Source: Octopus vulgaris
Taxonomy: Eukaryota
NCBI GenBank assembly: GCA_951406725.2
Contig: OX597825.1
Coordinates: 15,128,001-15,192,000 of the forward strand
DNA: 64,000 bases
Reading direction: 5' to 3'
In this document: one piece after another, positions 41,223 through 55,469 of the stretch
Position numbering within the stretch: the stretch's first letter is position 1
How the letters are laid out: every line of letters starts with the position of its first letter
Notes under the pieces: generated by a model
Database searches by the model: none
What the model was told of the DNA's origin: nothing
The model's input: the letters and a program-made list of their open reading frames with translations, nothing else
Made by a program: the position numbers and the translations under genes

Positions 41223-42090
41223 TACGGGGTCTGATCAATAAGTACCCCGCTCTTTTTCCATAGTACCGAAGCTAAAGCACGCAGAGTGACGCCGATAAGC
41301 AAAGATTGAGCTTGATCTATGCTGTATATGCGCACTAAGTTTTAACGTTGTTGCTCACTTTTTATGTTTATAGCAGTGCTTGGAAGAAAGGTGTGTAGCG
41401 TGTGATCGTCTCATTGACCGTAACAAAGTTGTCATGTCGTCACCTACTCAGAAGCCTACGCAACGTTGCAGAAAGTGTATGGAGTAGAGGTTTTGAGTTT
41501 CACACAAGTGTACGAGAGATTTAGACATTTCCAAGATGGCCAAAAAATGTCGATATTGACGAATGTTCTGGGAGATCAGGAACTATAAAAACTGAGTGAA
41601 ACATCGAAGGTGTGCATACGGCTGTGAGGGGAAATCATCGAATCACCATCCATGAGTTATCAGAGGATGTGCAGATTAGTTACGGTTCAGTTCCGTCCGT
41701 TATCACTAAAGATTTGGTTATGAGACGGGTGTCTGCCAAGTTTGTGCCAAAACGGCTTTTAGTTAACCAAAAACTCACTCGGGTTTCAGTTGCGCAAGCT
41801 CTCGTTGATTGTGTAAAAAAATTTGAAAAATCTTTCAAAACTTTGCGTAGGCCTCTGACCTGATATTCCCACGCATTTGGCAAAGTTTGATGCAGATTCT
41901 CTGCTTAACTTCTTCATGTTCAATGCAACGATCACATGCTGCACACCTTCCGTCTTAGCACTGTTGTAAACAGCGGAAGCGAGCTAGAACTTTAAAACTT
42001 AGTGCGTATGCATAACGGAATCTATCTGTGCCTAGCGGCTTTACTCTGCAAGTTTTAGCCTCCTAACTATGGCAACAATCCGAATACTTA
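41223..42090 (+). mobile_element. Non-autonomous mariner with long inverted arms
   Basis: TA-CGGGGTCTGATCAATAAGTA terminus. Transposase N-terminus SEAYATLQKVYG...QVYERFRHFQDG and NHRITIHELSEDVQISYGSV...MRRVSAKFVPKRL (WVPHEL-like linker). 41860-42090 is an inverted copy of the left end. No DDD domain. Confidence 0.85.
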
Positions 42091-42128
42091 TATATATATG
42101 CAGAGATAGAGAGAGAAGATCAGAGAGA

Positions 42129-42278
42129 GAGTTGCGGTCAAAGGTTTGGAACATAAGTTTGAAAATTAGATTTGAAACATTAGATCACTTGTAGATAGGT
42201 ATATCTTTATGTTGTTTAAATCATACTTGGGCATAACTTTAATTCCTTTTAAATGTTCCAAGCTTTTGGCCACAACTG
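42129..42278. mobile_element. Tc1-like MITE (~150 bp)
   Basis: TIRs AGTTGCGGTCAAAGGTTTGGAACA and TGTTCCAAGCTTTTGGCCACAACTG, followed by TA. Confidence 0.7.
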
Positions 42279-42402
42279 TATATATATGCATGTTTGTATG
42301 TATATGAGTGAAACTGCTTCAGAAGGATAAATGCGACCCTTTAAAATATTAATTCATGTTCACTCATAATGCTTAAACACTTTGGATTATTAAAAGAATT
42401 TA

Positions 42403-42560
42403 CGTCTTCCCCTTCTAAGTTCAAATTCCGCTAAGGTGGACATTGAAATTAATCATTTCTTGGTCGTTAAAATATGTACCAATCGATAACTAGGATTGAT
42501 GTAATCAACTTATCCACATCCCACGAAATTGCTGGCGTGGTGCATAAATTTGAAACCAAT
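42403..42560 (+). mobile_element. Old Meta-domain SINE fragment
   Basis: TTCTAAGTTCAAATTCCGCTAAGGTGGAC...GGTCGTTAAAATATGTACCA...GATGTAATCAACTTA, degenerate, with a different 3' end. Confidence 0.55.
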
Positions 42561-43246
42561 GTTAAGACCTTTTTTTTATGAAAAATAAAATGAAGTATTG
42601 AATATTCAGTACGCTTTCTTCTTAACTCCTACGGTAGCTGAATACAATAAGCAAACGTTCTATCTAACACTTAAAAGATATATTTACTGTAGCAATTTCT
42701 CATTTTCTGTGATGTTTTGGTGAGATTATTACAACATATCAATATGAAACAATAGGTTAAGACATGCTTATATTGTACTAGGCTATCATTTAATATTATT
42801 GATTCGGATGTTCAAATCATTTTTCTGTATTTATGTTTCGTCATAGCAAAATATATTAAGAACATATTTGTCATAAACGGAATAGATTTATTGCTACATA
42901 TTACAAACGTATTTTATATATATTCATAATTTTACTCTAGCTTTATTCGGCATTAATTACACGATGAATTTTTGTAACGCTCATTTCATTAAAAGTCAAT
43001 TTTGCTCTATTTATCAGACAGCAAAATGATCTTAATATCTGTATAATGTACAAGTTGCATACAATTATTAACCTATACTTCAATAGTAAAGGAAAAATAT
43101 TATGTATCCGAAAACAGATGTAGATGCTTATACAAGACAGAGCGTGTGAGTCATACAAAGCACACGGACGCATAGTATTTGTGTTTGTGCGTGTGTATGT
43201 GTGTGTGTTGTCTATGTATTCAGTATGTATATGTGTGTATATGTAT

Positions 43247-43640
43247 AGGAGCAGGCATGGCTGTGCGGTAAGAAGCGTCCTCCCAGCTACACGCTTGTGG
43301 TTTCCCTTCCACTAAATAGCATCTTGGGAAATTGTCTACTATTGTTTTGGGAAATTGTCTTGGGAAATTGTCTACTATAAAGCCTTGTCCAGTGGGTATG
43401 ATAGACAGAAACTGAACAGAGCCCCTCGTGTGCGTATATATATATATGTATATATGTACATGTGTGTGTGTTTGTCCTCCATCACCGCTTGACGACTGAT
43501 GTTCATCTCCTGTAACATCGCGGTTCGGCAAAAGAGAACCAGTAGAATAAGTACTAGTCTTACAAAGAATAAGTCCAGGGGATGATTTCTTCAAGTAAAA
43601 CACTTTAAGGCAGTGTTGTAAGATGGTGGCTATTAGATGA
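43247..43640 (+). mobile_element. SINE family B, diverged
   Basis: Head GCAGGCATGGCTGTGCGGTAAG. TTGGGAAATTGTCT is triplicated at about 43324-43375. Confidence 0.8.
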
Positions 43641-43683
43641 GAGGAATATATGAAAGAATATATGTATGTGTGTGCTTGTGTGG

Positions 43684-43744
<61 letters not shown>

Positions 43745-44441
43745 TGTGTGTGTGTATGACATTTGCGTGCAAAAAAGTCTTCAATATGATCCTCGTTCTA
43801 AACATATCGCTAGAATAATTACTACGAACTGTTTTTACATCTACGTATCATATAGTTTTAAAATCTTTATACCATAGCGAACTAAATTCCGAAATCACGT
43901 TCCTTTTAGTAATGTTGATCTCATCAGTACCATAAATTAGTCTAGAGAAATAGTTCAAGGTAGATTAAAATTTCTCAGCTACATATTAAGTATCTTATAA
44001 ACCTGAAAGCATGTAACTTTATGCTAAATCTAAATATAACCTAAATAGATTATTTAGCAGTTAGACTGATTCATCTCAAAACATGAAAATACATGGCAAT
44101 CTTTTATTTGTGTATGGGTTTGTTGCGTTCAGAAAACCTATGTAATCATCATTTCATTCAAAGACGACAGAGCAGGTTTTGCATGGACTCAACTGTTAAA
44201 TTTGCTGCCGTCGTTAGAATAATCATTATGCTCAATTCAACGTATAGGAAAAACGAAAAATAAAGAGCAACATTCATTCGTGAAAGGACGGATGATTTTC
44301 TGTTTTCACACATTTTCCTTAAATAACAGGGCATTTATAAGCGTTGATACATCTGCAATAAGTCTAATGGCATTGTATGTAGTTACACAGAAACGCAAAG
44401 ATATACGTACACATACTCGCACGCACGCACACGCTCGGGCT

Positions 44442-44481
<40 letters not shown>

Positions 44482-44767
44482 GAGAGAGAGAGAGAGAGAT
44501 TCAGATGGTATTTAAGTTGATACACCAGAATTTAGTACTGGAGTGAGACAGCATTTTCCTTGTCTATCTTCTTAACTTCTTGGAGATCTTAGGTATAATT
44601 ATACCAAATGTGTCCATCTGTTCTAATTTAATTAAAAACTATGTCTCTGTGCAGCTGAAGATTGCTCCGCATTTTAAATTAATGTAATGATTGCATTGTT
44701 CAATTAAATGGTGTTGAATGAAACGATCGTACTGCATTAGCTCTGGATATCCTTGTTGCATATTTTG

Positions 44768-44810
<43 letters not shown>

Positions 44811-44901
44811 CTATATATATAAACAACTTTGCATTAATCTTAGGGGATACGCTATATATTTGTAGAGTACAGGTTTATTGTTGAAGAATAATATTGCTGA
44901 A

Positions 44902-44944
44902 TAGTGACTTCGAAGTTTCGGCTAGTTAAGCCGCCGTCCGACTA
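44902..44944 (-). ncRNA. Hammerhead-like motif (GUC site, degenerate core)
   Basis: TAGT-CGGACGG-C-GGCT-TAACT-AGCC-GAAA-CTTCGAAG-TC-ACTA. Lies in a ~190-bp insert between (TA)n and (GA)n. Confidence 0.6.
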
Positions 44945-45007
44945 CAGTTCAATCATGACTTACTTCGAAGTCCCTAGTCAGCTATATTCTTGATTTAGAA
45001 TATGTTT

Positions 45008-45232
45008 GAGAGAGAGACAGACAGAGAGAAAGAGAGAGAGAGATAGGGAAGAAAGAGAGAGAGAGAGGGAAAAGAGAGAGAGAGAGAGAGAGAGAGAAGA
45101 AAGAGAGAGAGAGAGAGGGAAGAGAGAGAGAGAGAGAGGGAAGAAAGAGAGAGAGAGAGAGGGAAGAAAGAGAGAGAGAGAGAGGGAAGAAAGAGAGAGA
45201 GAGAGAGAGGGAAGAAAGAGAGAGAGAGAGAG
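45008..45232. repeat. Polypurine (GA)n array with a higher-order ~20-24-bp unit GGGAAGAAA(GA)n
   Basis: Directly visible. Confidence 0.9.
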
Positions 45233-46444
45233 ATCATGCTGAGAGAAGAAGATTCTGAGAATATACATACGAATTATCCCAACGCAAAATTCGATTAAAC
45301 TTGCATCAGCACTCATATCTGATAGTATACGTATCTCGAATATTTTCACGTCACATCTATTAATATGCAACACTGCTTCTTAGTAGTATTGATTGAAGCA
45401 AAAGTAATTACGTGCATCAACAGTGTTTAAACGCTACAAAGTACGTTTGTCGATTTCTTTTCATTTTAATAACTAGAAAAAGAGATTCAGAATGGATTTT
45501 CAATATCAGAAAATTGATTCAATTTTTCTTTTCTTTTCATTATACAAGTATAGTCAATTAGACACAGAAATATAATACAAAAATAGATAATTGCGCTGAG
45601 TAATATACTTGAAAACTATGAATACAAATGTCAACAACACAGAAGAATGAGTCATTAGAGGAGAATAAATGACAAACGTATATTTCAAACTAAAGTCAGA
45701 TAACAGACATAGCAAAAAATGTTAAAGCTAACATTTTTATATTGCAGTCAATTATGAGTAAAATTAAATATCATTGTTTGATAAATCATTAGTATTTATC
45801 ACGTCTTGGTTTATTAAATTTTGAGACTGAATGTGGAGAACATAGCTCAAGAGTTAGCGCCAGAATATCTTTGTTATTGAATATCTTATAATCAGGAAAC
45901 TAATGATACGATCGTCATTTGTACACTTGCTTTCAGCACTTCCATCTTCCTCTTTAATTTACGATTTTCGTGAAATATACAGAGTTTAATTTTGCAAGTT
46001 TCATCCTATGATTATGGAATTTATCATTCGTTGTCTTTGGATATTTTTTCTTCGCTATTACAAAATCCTCACTGAGTGCTTATAAAATCTGAAATAATTC
46101 TGAATACATTCTTGTCAGAAACATAATTAAAAAATTGCCAAACGGTAATTCTATACACCCGTCTATGTATTTTTCTTTCTATTCTGTTTTTTTTTTTTTC
46201 ATCCAAATTTTGTATAACTCAGAGAATAAATCTGTTGAATTTTACAAGGGTACCTCCATTTTGACATTATCTCCCCTTGTCATGTGATGCTTGCTTTAAT
46301 TGGCATATGGTCTAACGGTGAAAATAATTTTCTTAAATTAATAATTTAATTTCTGATATGTCATACACCTATATTTTTCTATGTCTGAAATACATTATCA
46401 ATTATCAAGGTCACCGTCAGTTATCTCCATCTCGGCATGTATAT

Positions 46445-46516
<72 letters not shown>

Positions 46517-46849
46517 GAGTGTATATATATATATAAAGTGAGAGAGAGAGAAGGAAAGAAATAGAGAACGAGAGATTTGTAGCGTAATCATGTGGCTATC
46601 AGGCGAAGTTCTTCTAACGGATCACATAGTAATTCAATACGGAAGAATATAATGCAGATTTCTATGCATTTGAAATCCAGGAAACCTGATCAATAAAATT
46701 ATTTGAAGAGTGCTATATAAACCATAAAATACAAGGAAGTGTGAGAGGTGAATATATTTACTTAACTACTTGTCAAGTTAACTGATGAAGGGTCGTATTT
46801 TATGTTACTTGTCTTCTTTTCCATTTGTTTATCTCGTTGTTCACATACC

Positions 46850-46932
46850 CAAGTACTGTGGTCGATTTGTTCGACTAAAGCGGTGCTCCTGCATGGCCGC
46901 AGTTAAAGGACTGAAACAAGAAAAAGAAAGAA
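46850..46932 (+). mobile_element. SINE family B 3' tail fragment
   Basis: GGTCGATTTGTTCGACTAAAGCGGTGCTCCTGCATGGCCGCAGTTAAAGGACTGAAACAAG. Confidence 0.8.
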
Positions 46933-46965
46933 TAAAATATATGTATATATATACTTAGCTATCTA

Positions 46966-47020
<55 letters not shown>

Positions 47021-48029
47021 TTACATACATGCATATGGATTAATAGATATATAGAAACACCGACAGACAGAGAGACAGATCGATGGACTGATAGAATGTG
47101 TTATACACATTTAGACATGCCTGTATGTTAATATATATACAGGAATAGAGCTTTGTGTGTTTGTGTAAACACCACTGTTTGCATGTGCTCTTTCTGCGCC
47201 TATCTGTGTTTTGGCAGGACTGCTATAAGATATATGGCAGTGGAAAGTTATGAAATACGAGTTACGTGTTCGTTATAGTTTAAGCAATATCTCCAGAATT
47301 CACTTCTCACTCCATTCGTATCTTTCTGCCCACAAAGAAACATCCACCATTACACGCCCCTCCATCCTTTTGAGGATGTATAATCTATCTACGTTTTTCT
47401 TTGGATGTTGCATGCAGTGCAGTGTGAGTGGCTTGTGTGTTTCTCTATCATTTTTACCGATCTTTATGATGGACCATTTTATGACGTTCTAACTATAGGT
47501 CGTAACACGTATAGCTAAGGTATTGATCATTTCAATCCTGTCTCTCGCATTAAGCTCGCTCTTAATGGAAGCTCTAACTCTACAGTAACATTCTTTCCGT
47601 GTTTTATTTTTATTGCTTGCGGATTATGAATTCTGGATGCCATCCCATTTAGATACACGCAAATATTTGTTATTTTTTTTAGGATCTAATTTCTTGAAAA
47701 TGGTAGACTTGTCCATCTGCATGTTTTTACATTTCGGGAGTTTTCGCTTGACGGATATAACTTTAGTCCATTTATGAAGCCCGTATTTCATTCCAATATC
47801 GTCACTGAACTGTTTTACTACAGTTAAAATTCGTTCTAGTTTTTGATTATCTGTCGTGAAAAGCTTTACATCATCCAGATTGTTCTGCGTTTTGAATTTT
47901 GAATTTTGGCGCGAGAAAAATATAGCCTGAAGTACTTTTCATTGGTTATGAAAAAAATAACGACCGTGTGTTCGAGTAGCCAGGGGAAAATTATATACTC
48001 ACAGAGCATAATATAAAGCATAATTACTA

Positions 48030-48115
48030 CTATCATTATTATTATCAATATTGTTGTTGTTATAAATTATAGTTATCATTATTATTATCATTATTATTAT
48101 TATTATTATTATTAT

Positions 48116-48170
<55 letters not shown>

Positions 48171-48185
48171 GGTGGTGGTGTGGCT
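48030..48185. repeat. (TTA)n(GTA)n(GTG)n compound array
   Basis: Directly visible. Confidence 0.9.
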
Positions 48186-48796
48186 ACTGCTGTTTTTACT
48201 AGTGCTATTATTACAAGAGATGCAACCAGCATATTGAGGAGAGTGACGATTTTTAAGGCCTACCGCCATGCAATTTGAGAGACATAGTATATGTATCATC
48301 ATTTATTTTGTTTATTTATACATTTATACTTTATTTTCAAGAGATCTACTCTAGAATACTTGAAAAATCTGTACCGCTTGTATTTCTTCATGGTAACCTC
48401 TCAGCACGTTTAATCGTCGGCTTATCATATTTTCATACGATTTCTAGGAGGCATCCTTCCATATAGACCTACATACATGTAAAGGTTCATAGAGCCACAG
48501 ATTTATATAATTTTGCATAGATTCCCATTATCGTATAAACTCAATTCATTCCCAGATGTGTACTTTCCACATTAGAATATTTTGTGTGTTCGTTGTAAGA
48601 TTTGTTTGCCTCAGGGCATCATTTTCTTTATCTTGTTCAGCGTCTACTAAAAGGAGCGCCCCTTGTATTGTGCTCATACGTAAATGCATGCTTCTTATAT
48701 AAATCTTTAAAAATTTAGTTTCCGATACTGGCAGATGAAATAGACATACAACACCTCTGGTCAAATGAAATAGCTTTAAAATTTGTTAAGAGTATA

Positions 48797-49394
48797 TATT
48801 TCTTTACTACCAACAAGGGGCTAAACATAGAGGGGACAAATAAGGACAGACAAAGTGATTACGTCGATTACATCGACCCCAGTGCGAAACTGGTACTTTA
48901 TTTATCGACCCCGACAGGATGGAAGGCAAAGTCGACCTCGGTGGAATTTGAAGTCAGAACGTAACAACAGACGAAATATCTATTTATTTACTACCCACAC
49001 GGGGCTAAACACAGAGGGGACAGACAACGACAGACAAATGGATTAAGTTGATTACATCGACCCAGTGCGAAAATGGTACTTTATTTATCGACCCCGAGAT
49101 GATGAAAAGCAAATTCGACCTCGGCGGAATTTGAACTCGGAACGTAGCGGCAGACGAAATATCTATTTCTTTACTGCCCACACGGGGCTAAACACAGAGA
49201 GGACAAGCAAGGACAGAAAAACGGATTAAGTCGATTACATCGACCCCAGTGCGTAACTGGTACTCATTTAATCGACCCCGAGAGGATGAAAGGCAAAGTC
49301 GACCTCGGCGAAATTTGAACTCAGAACGTAGCGGCAGACGAAATACCACTAAGCATTTCGCTGGGTGTGTTAACGCTTCTGCCAGCTCGCCGCC
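48797..49394 (-). mobile_element. Meta-domain SINE (family C), trimer
   Basis: One head at the right end, junctions at 48980/48981 and 49163/49164. Imperfect TSD ATTTGTTAAGAGTATAT / ATTTGTTACGAATATAT. Confidence 0.92.
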
Positions 49395-50065
49395 ATTTGT
49401 TACGAATATATTGTAACCCTAACTTGCGAAAGTATGTTTCCTCTCTGAAATATATTTATATTATACATATTATATGTCAATGTTTGTAGACAGTGTTAGA
49501 TGTTAATTATATTTTTTCCATTTTTAGAGGATATTCATATATCATGATTTGTTTATATTCGGTAAGACTCAATGTGCGCTCATGGGAATATTTTGAAATT
49601 CTTCGGTCAAATTTGTTTACCAAAACACGAATGGAAATGATTAATGTATCATCTTTTGGAGAACATTTTCAGGTTAAACTATGTCTTCCAGGATATTTAC
49701 AATATGCATTTCTATTCTTCAGGTCTCATATATATTCTTGCTTTGTATTCTTTATCATTCTGTTTTTAAATAATCAAATGTTCTATTTGCTTCTAATAAA
49801 GCAGTAACAACCTACTATTCCTCACAGAACTAAGTAGAAAGGTTGTTCATTTAATAGCATTTCTTTAATCTATATTAACAGACTAACACTGGAAATGTTT
49901 ACATTATTACTTTGGCTTTGATTACTGATTTTGTTTTTCACACTGACTACCAAATTTTCTAATTTAACAGACAGTTATTTAGTATCATCTAGTAGTCAAA
50001 TTTAACTGAAACCTAAATATAACATTTGAATTATGCAGGAAACAATATGGTAATCCCAGCAATAT

Positions 50066-50476
50066 CTCTCTCTTTTAGTCTTTTACTTGTTTCAGTCATT
50101 TGACTGCGGCCATGCTGCAGCACCGACATTAGTCGAGCAAATCGACCCTACGACTTATTCTTTGTAAGCCCAGTACTTATTCTATCGGTCTCTTTTGCCG
50201 AACCGCTAAGTGACGGGGACGTAAACACACCAGCATCGGTTGCCAAGCAATGCTAGGGGGACAAACAGAGACACACAAACACATATATATCTATATATAT
50301 ATATACATATATACGACAGGCTTCTTTCAGTTTCCGTCTACCAAATCCACTCACAAGGCATCGGTCGGCCCGGGGCTATAGCAGAAGACACTTGCCCAAG
50401 ATGCCACGCAGTGGGAATGAACCCGGAACCATGTGGTTGGTTAGCAAGCTACTTACCACATATTCACTCCTGCGCC
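50066..50476 (-). mobile_element. SINE family B, full length
   Basis: Reverse complement of the 24468 copy, with internal (TA)n at about 50284-50312. Confidence 0.92.
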
Positions 50477-51764
50477 TATATATATCAGTATGACTTTAAA
50501 TTCTTTTCAGATACTCATTGTCTGCAAGTATACATTTGTTTAAAGATGCAGTTTTCTTATAGCTTCATTATTAATATTTGATATATTCTGTTTCACACTA
50601 AACTAGATTCTAATAGCGTTGCACTCACATGTGTCATTGTATTGTAATTATTACGCAGAGGTCATGACCAGAAGGCTTTGTTACCATCAGAAATTTAAAA
50701 CTTGCAGAAATTTAGAACTGCACCTACAAAACATTAATATTCATAAGAGATTTATTCATATCAAAAATATTTCGTGAGGACGAAAACATACATGTCATTT
50801 TTACACAATAATAGCATATTCATTTATACTTTATATGCAATAGGACAAGTATTAAGCTGACAAATTTTCATCAACCGGAATCTCGTCTGACCTCGTTGCC
50901 CTAATGTTTCTGATATCCTCGTAAGCTGGTGCTCGGGCGATTTTTGTCACCCTCCGATATATACTGTGTTTTTGAACAGAATGCGTCCATAAGAAATGTT
51001 ATTTCTGGACGAATACAACAGTAAATTTGCCTTTCCACGACGTAGTTAAATTAACTACAACCCAAATCATGCTTATTTTCGTTGATATACTTGGTAATAT
51101 GCGGAAAAAATTGAACAAGCGTTGGCATTTGTTGCTGTCAGAATATGCAAATTACAAAATCTACTAAAAACAACTTTGTGTTTCAAGTCACTTGGGGTGG
51201 ATAAAAAACCAGATGCCATGTATTTATAGCGTTCCTTCTTCTTTACAAGTGTTGTTAAGCCTAACCAATTAAAGTAATATTTATTTCAATATCAACAATG
51301 TTGACGCCTGATTCAAACAATCCAAAATATTTGGAACCGAAGGAAATATAGTTAAATTAGAATTCTAAATTTACGAATTTGTTTAGAACACAAAGGAAAT
51401 GTAATCATGGAAAAACTAAATATAAGAACAAATATAAAGATTGATGCTAGGAGCCTAAACTATATATTTCGAGAAAACTGCATATTTTCACAGAGTTAAA
51501 AGAAAAGGAAAATGCGTACAAAGATCTCGAAATTTACATTTTAACAACGTGTTATTTTTACGCAAACAATTTGAGGATCATTTTTAAATGATTTACAGAA
51601 CAATCTGTTTTCATTTTTATATAAAGTTAAATATTAACAAGTAGCACTGCCACACCTATTTAAATTAGTGTTGTCAACAATTGATATCGTAAAGCCAGTT
51701 GCGTTTTATCAACTAAAAATATATATTTAATCGAAGAAAAACACTAATATGTTTAACAATATGT

Positions 51765-52163
51765 GGGAACCTTAGCACGCCGGGCGAAATGCTTAGCAGT
51801 ATTTCGTATGCCGTTACGTTCTGAGTTCAAATTCCGCCGAGGTTGACTTTGCCTTTTATCCTTTCGGTGTCGATTAAATAAGTACCAGTTACGCACTGGT
51901 GTCGATGTAATCGACTTAATCCATTTGTCTGTCCTTACTTGTCCCCTCTGTGTTTAGCCCCGTGTGGGTAGTAAAGAAATAGGTATATCGTATGCCGCTA
52001 CATGCTGAGTTCAAATTCCGCCGAGGTCGACTTTGCCTTTCATCCTTTGGAGGTCGATTAAATAAGTACCAGTTACGCACTGGGGTCGTGTGATCGACTT
52101 AATCCATTTGTGTGTCCTTTTTTGTGTCCTCTGTGTGTAGCCCCGTGTGGGTAGTAAAGAAAT
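51765..52163 (+). mobile_element. Meta-domain SINE (family C), dimer, slightly 5'-truncated
   Basis: Junction at 51981/51982. Perfect 18-bp TSD ATATGTTTAACAATATGT at 51747-51764 and 52164-52181. Confidence 0.92.
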
Positions 52164-52180
52164 ATATGTTTAACAATATG

Positions 52181-52530
52181 TACGAGGTTGTATCAAAAGG
52201 TTCTCGTACCAGTTACGTTTAATAAAAAATAACTTATTTATTTAAGTTTTAATATCATCTCCTTCCGGTCATCTTGTGCAACAATACACCGGTCCCAGTG
52301 CTCTTGCATCTTTGGGAACCGACCTGGATGTTGTTTTCCGTATGCGAGCCGAGGACCTTTTTGCGATTCGCTCTGGATCTCGACAACGGTGTTAAAATGG
52401 CGACTGTTGAGCTGCGTTTTTATCTTGGGGTGGAGACGGAATGCTGCAGGTGCTAAATTCGGTGAAGAGGGCAAGTGCAGAAGCGATTTCGTGTTGCTTT
52501 TGGTGAGAAACACACGAGCGAGGAGAGCAC
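52181..52530 (-). mobile_element. Mariner 3' remnant (TIR plus catalytic C-terminus)
   Basis: TIR TACGAGGTTGTATCAAAAGGTTC. ORF 52238-52513 LLHLPSSPNLAPAAFRLHPKIKTQL...HWDRCI is a degenerate HPPYSPDLAPxDFxLFPKLK. Confidence 0.85.
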
Positions 52531-52989
52531 ATTGATAAATCCAATTAATAAATCAACTTATATAAAAACAGGATCATCAGGAATGTAATATCTGTGATTA
52601 GTTATTATCACATAATATTAAACACTGAAACAACTTTTAATTATTCCATTTAGAAATTATTCAGCTTATCGTATACAAAATCGACTGGAATTTCCATTGG
52701 ATTCTCACTCACCTTCTATTCAATTTCTTCGATCATATATTTCTCCTGTCAGAATCATGGGGAAATTTTCTTGATATCCAATGCCTTAATTTTGCTTTGA
52801 CTGACATTTCTCAGTCAATCAGTATTTGCTGGTTAACTATTTCTTATGAAAGACGTGAGCATGACCGGCAAGCCAAGGGTAACTAGCCGACGATAAAGAT
52901 GACTCAATACTAACCAGAATAAAATGATATACATATGTGTTTGACGGTTAATACACATAACACGCACACATACGTCTTTCTCTCTCCCT

Positions 52990-53161
52990 CTCACTCTATC
53001 TATCTATCTATCGATCGATCTATCTATCTATCTCATTCTCATTCGGTGTATATAAATATATATATGTGTGTGTATGCATATATATATATATACATATATA
53101 TATGCAGACACACACACATATATATATGTATATATACATATATATGCACACACACACGCAC

Positions 53162-53203
<42 letters not shown>

Positions 53204-53350
53204 GAAAGAAAGAATAAAAATGGCATTTCTGACACAAACACACACACACACAGAAATATATGTTATGTATGTGTGCATCAGAGAAGCCATATCTATTCAA
53301 TTTTTCAAATATGTAAATACTGTACAAAGGACTTTTATTTTTTATTCTAC

Positions 53351-53408
<58 letters not shown>

Positions 53409-53460
53409 TGTGTGTGTGTGTACATATCTCTCTCTCTCTCTATCTATCTATCTAACTATA

Positions 53461-53520
<60 letters not shown>

Positions 53521-53525
53521 TATAC
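52990..53525. repeat. Compound microsatellite region
   Basis: Directly visible. Confidence 0.9.
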
Positions 53526-55075
53526 ATGTTTACCGTATGCGATACATGATATAATGTCTTCGGTCACTGGTTTCCCTTAATACAAATAAAATTATATATA
53601 CTCTGTAGCAAAGCGAAGTTCACATAAAATACTCTGTTACGTAGAGACTAATAATGCGAATGAACTGGTTTCATTATAGCTCATTAATCATTATGCATAC
53701 ATACACACAAATACACACACAATCACACGCAAACACACACATACATACATATGTTGTAGGGTAAGCAATTTTTTAAAATCGGAGTTTCAGGAGAAGAAGG
53801 CCATGTAAGTTGGAATTTGTTCGTTTTGTCAATGATTTTTCGATTTGTTTTTCACTACAGCCTTGGAAATATTTGGAGTGGGAGCGGGGGGCATCTTTTT
53901 ATAGAAAAAGTTTTGAATATTTTTTCACTTCCTTTTTCACTCACCATCGCAATCTGGGCCAATTATATCCAATATTTTTTGCACATAAAAATCATTGAAA
54001 CAAAAGATAAAAGAAAAAAAAAACGAAAATGTCATTTTAGAGGAAAAAATTCGTGATTTAATGAATATTTGGGTGTTATTTCTAGCACATCTGTGGATCG
54101 CCTTCCTGGCTTTCATTCTCACATGTAATAATGTTTTTTAATATTTGCTCCCCATAAACACATTTTATGAAATTACGATGTGAGAGACACACATGAGTAT
54201 TCGATTAGTGGGATATAAGCAACAATAACCATGCAATCGGTAATTTAAACTTTTGACAATACCTCAGTCTTGCGAGGTCCAGTGTGTGTATGTGTGTGTG
54301 TGCGTGTGTGTGTGTGTTTGTGAGAGTACTAAAAATTATTTTGTAGCATGAAAGTATGCTATTAAAATAAATTATCTTTTAAATAGCCCCTCGCCAATTT
54401 CTTTTAATCAATGTGGATAAATGCCAGAAATGACATTGTCAGTCTGTCCAATATTGAAAATTATAAGGAGAAAGAATGAGGGGGGCGGGAAATGTGGTTA
54501 AAAAAATCATAAATTTTCAAATATTTTTTTTATAGCATGAATGTGTTTATGGAGAGAAGAATATTTAAAAACATAAATACATGCGATTAATGAGAAAGGA
54601 AACGAGTAGGGCGGTCTTGAGATGTGCTTGAAACAACAGCCAAATTTCCCTTCAATTCTCTGAAAATATTTACAGTTTTTTTGTTTTAGTACCGAAAAGG
54701 CTCCACCCATAGCTTTTAAGTGCAAAAAAATCGCGAAAATCAAGAGTGGGATGGTGGGATGAAGTAAAGAAAAAATAACTTATATGGAATTCTTGATCGG
54801 AAACTCCATTTGTTTCGAAACTCCTATCCCGCCCCATCGGAGAACATTTTATCCACAAATTTCTTTATAATCGTAATGTATGCAGTTTGAAAGACAATTG
54901 TATGAACTTACATTCAAAGACACCCATTTTCCTGAAAGTTATGAGGGGGAATATTGGGGTCGTGTGAATTTTCCGAAACACTTCTCCGACCCCTTGGGAA
55001 AAAGTATTTTCCAGAAATCTCTATATACTCTGAATGTACAGCATCCAAGCGGGATTTCTTGAACATTTCTGTCTG

Positions 55076-55460
<385 letters not shown>

Positions 55461-55469
55461 GTTACCTAG

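Noticed and set aside
46636-46690. CGGAAGA...AATGCA/TGCATT-T-GAAA-TCC-A-GGA hammerhead-like string
   Set aside because: It lacks U16.1 and a pairing stem I.
48546-48764. ORF containing QGALLLVDA, resembling a translational GTPase strand
   Set aside because: The match is short, no other G motifs are present and no clear splice sites frame it; likely chance.
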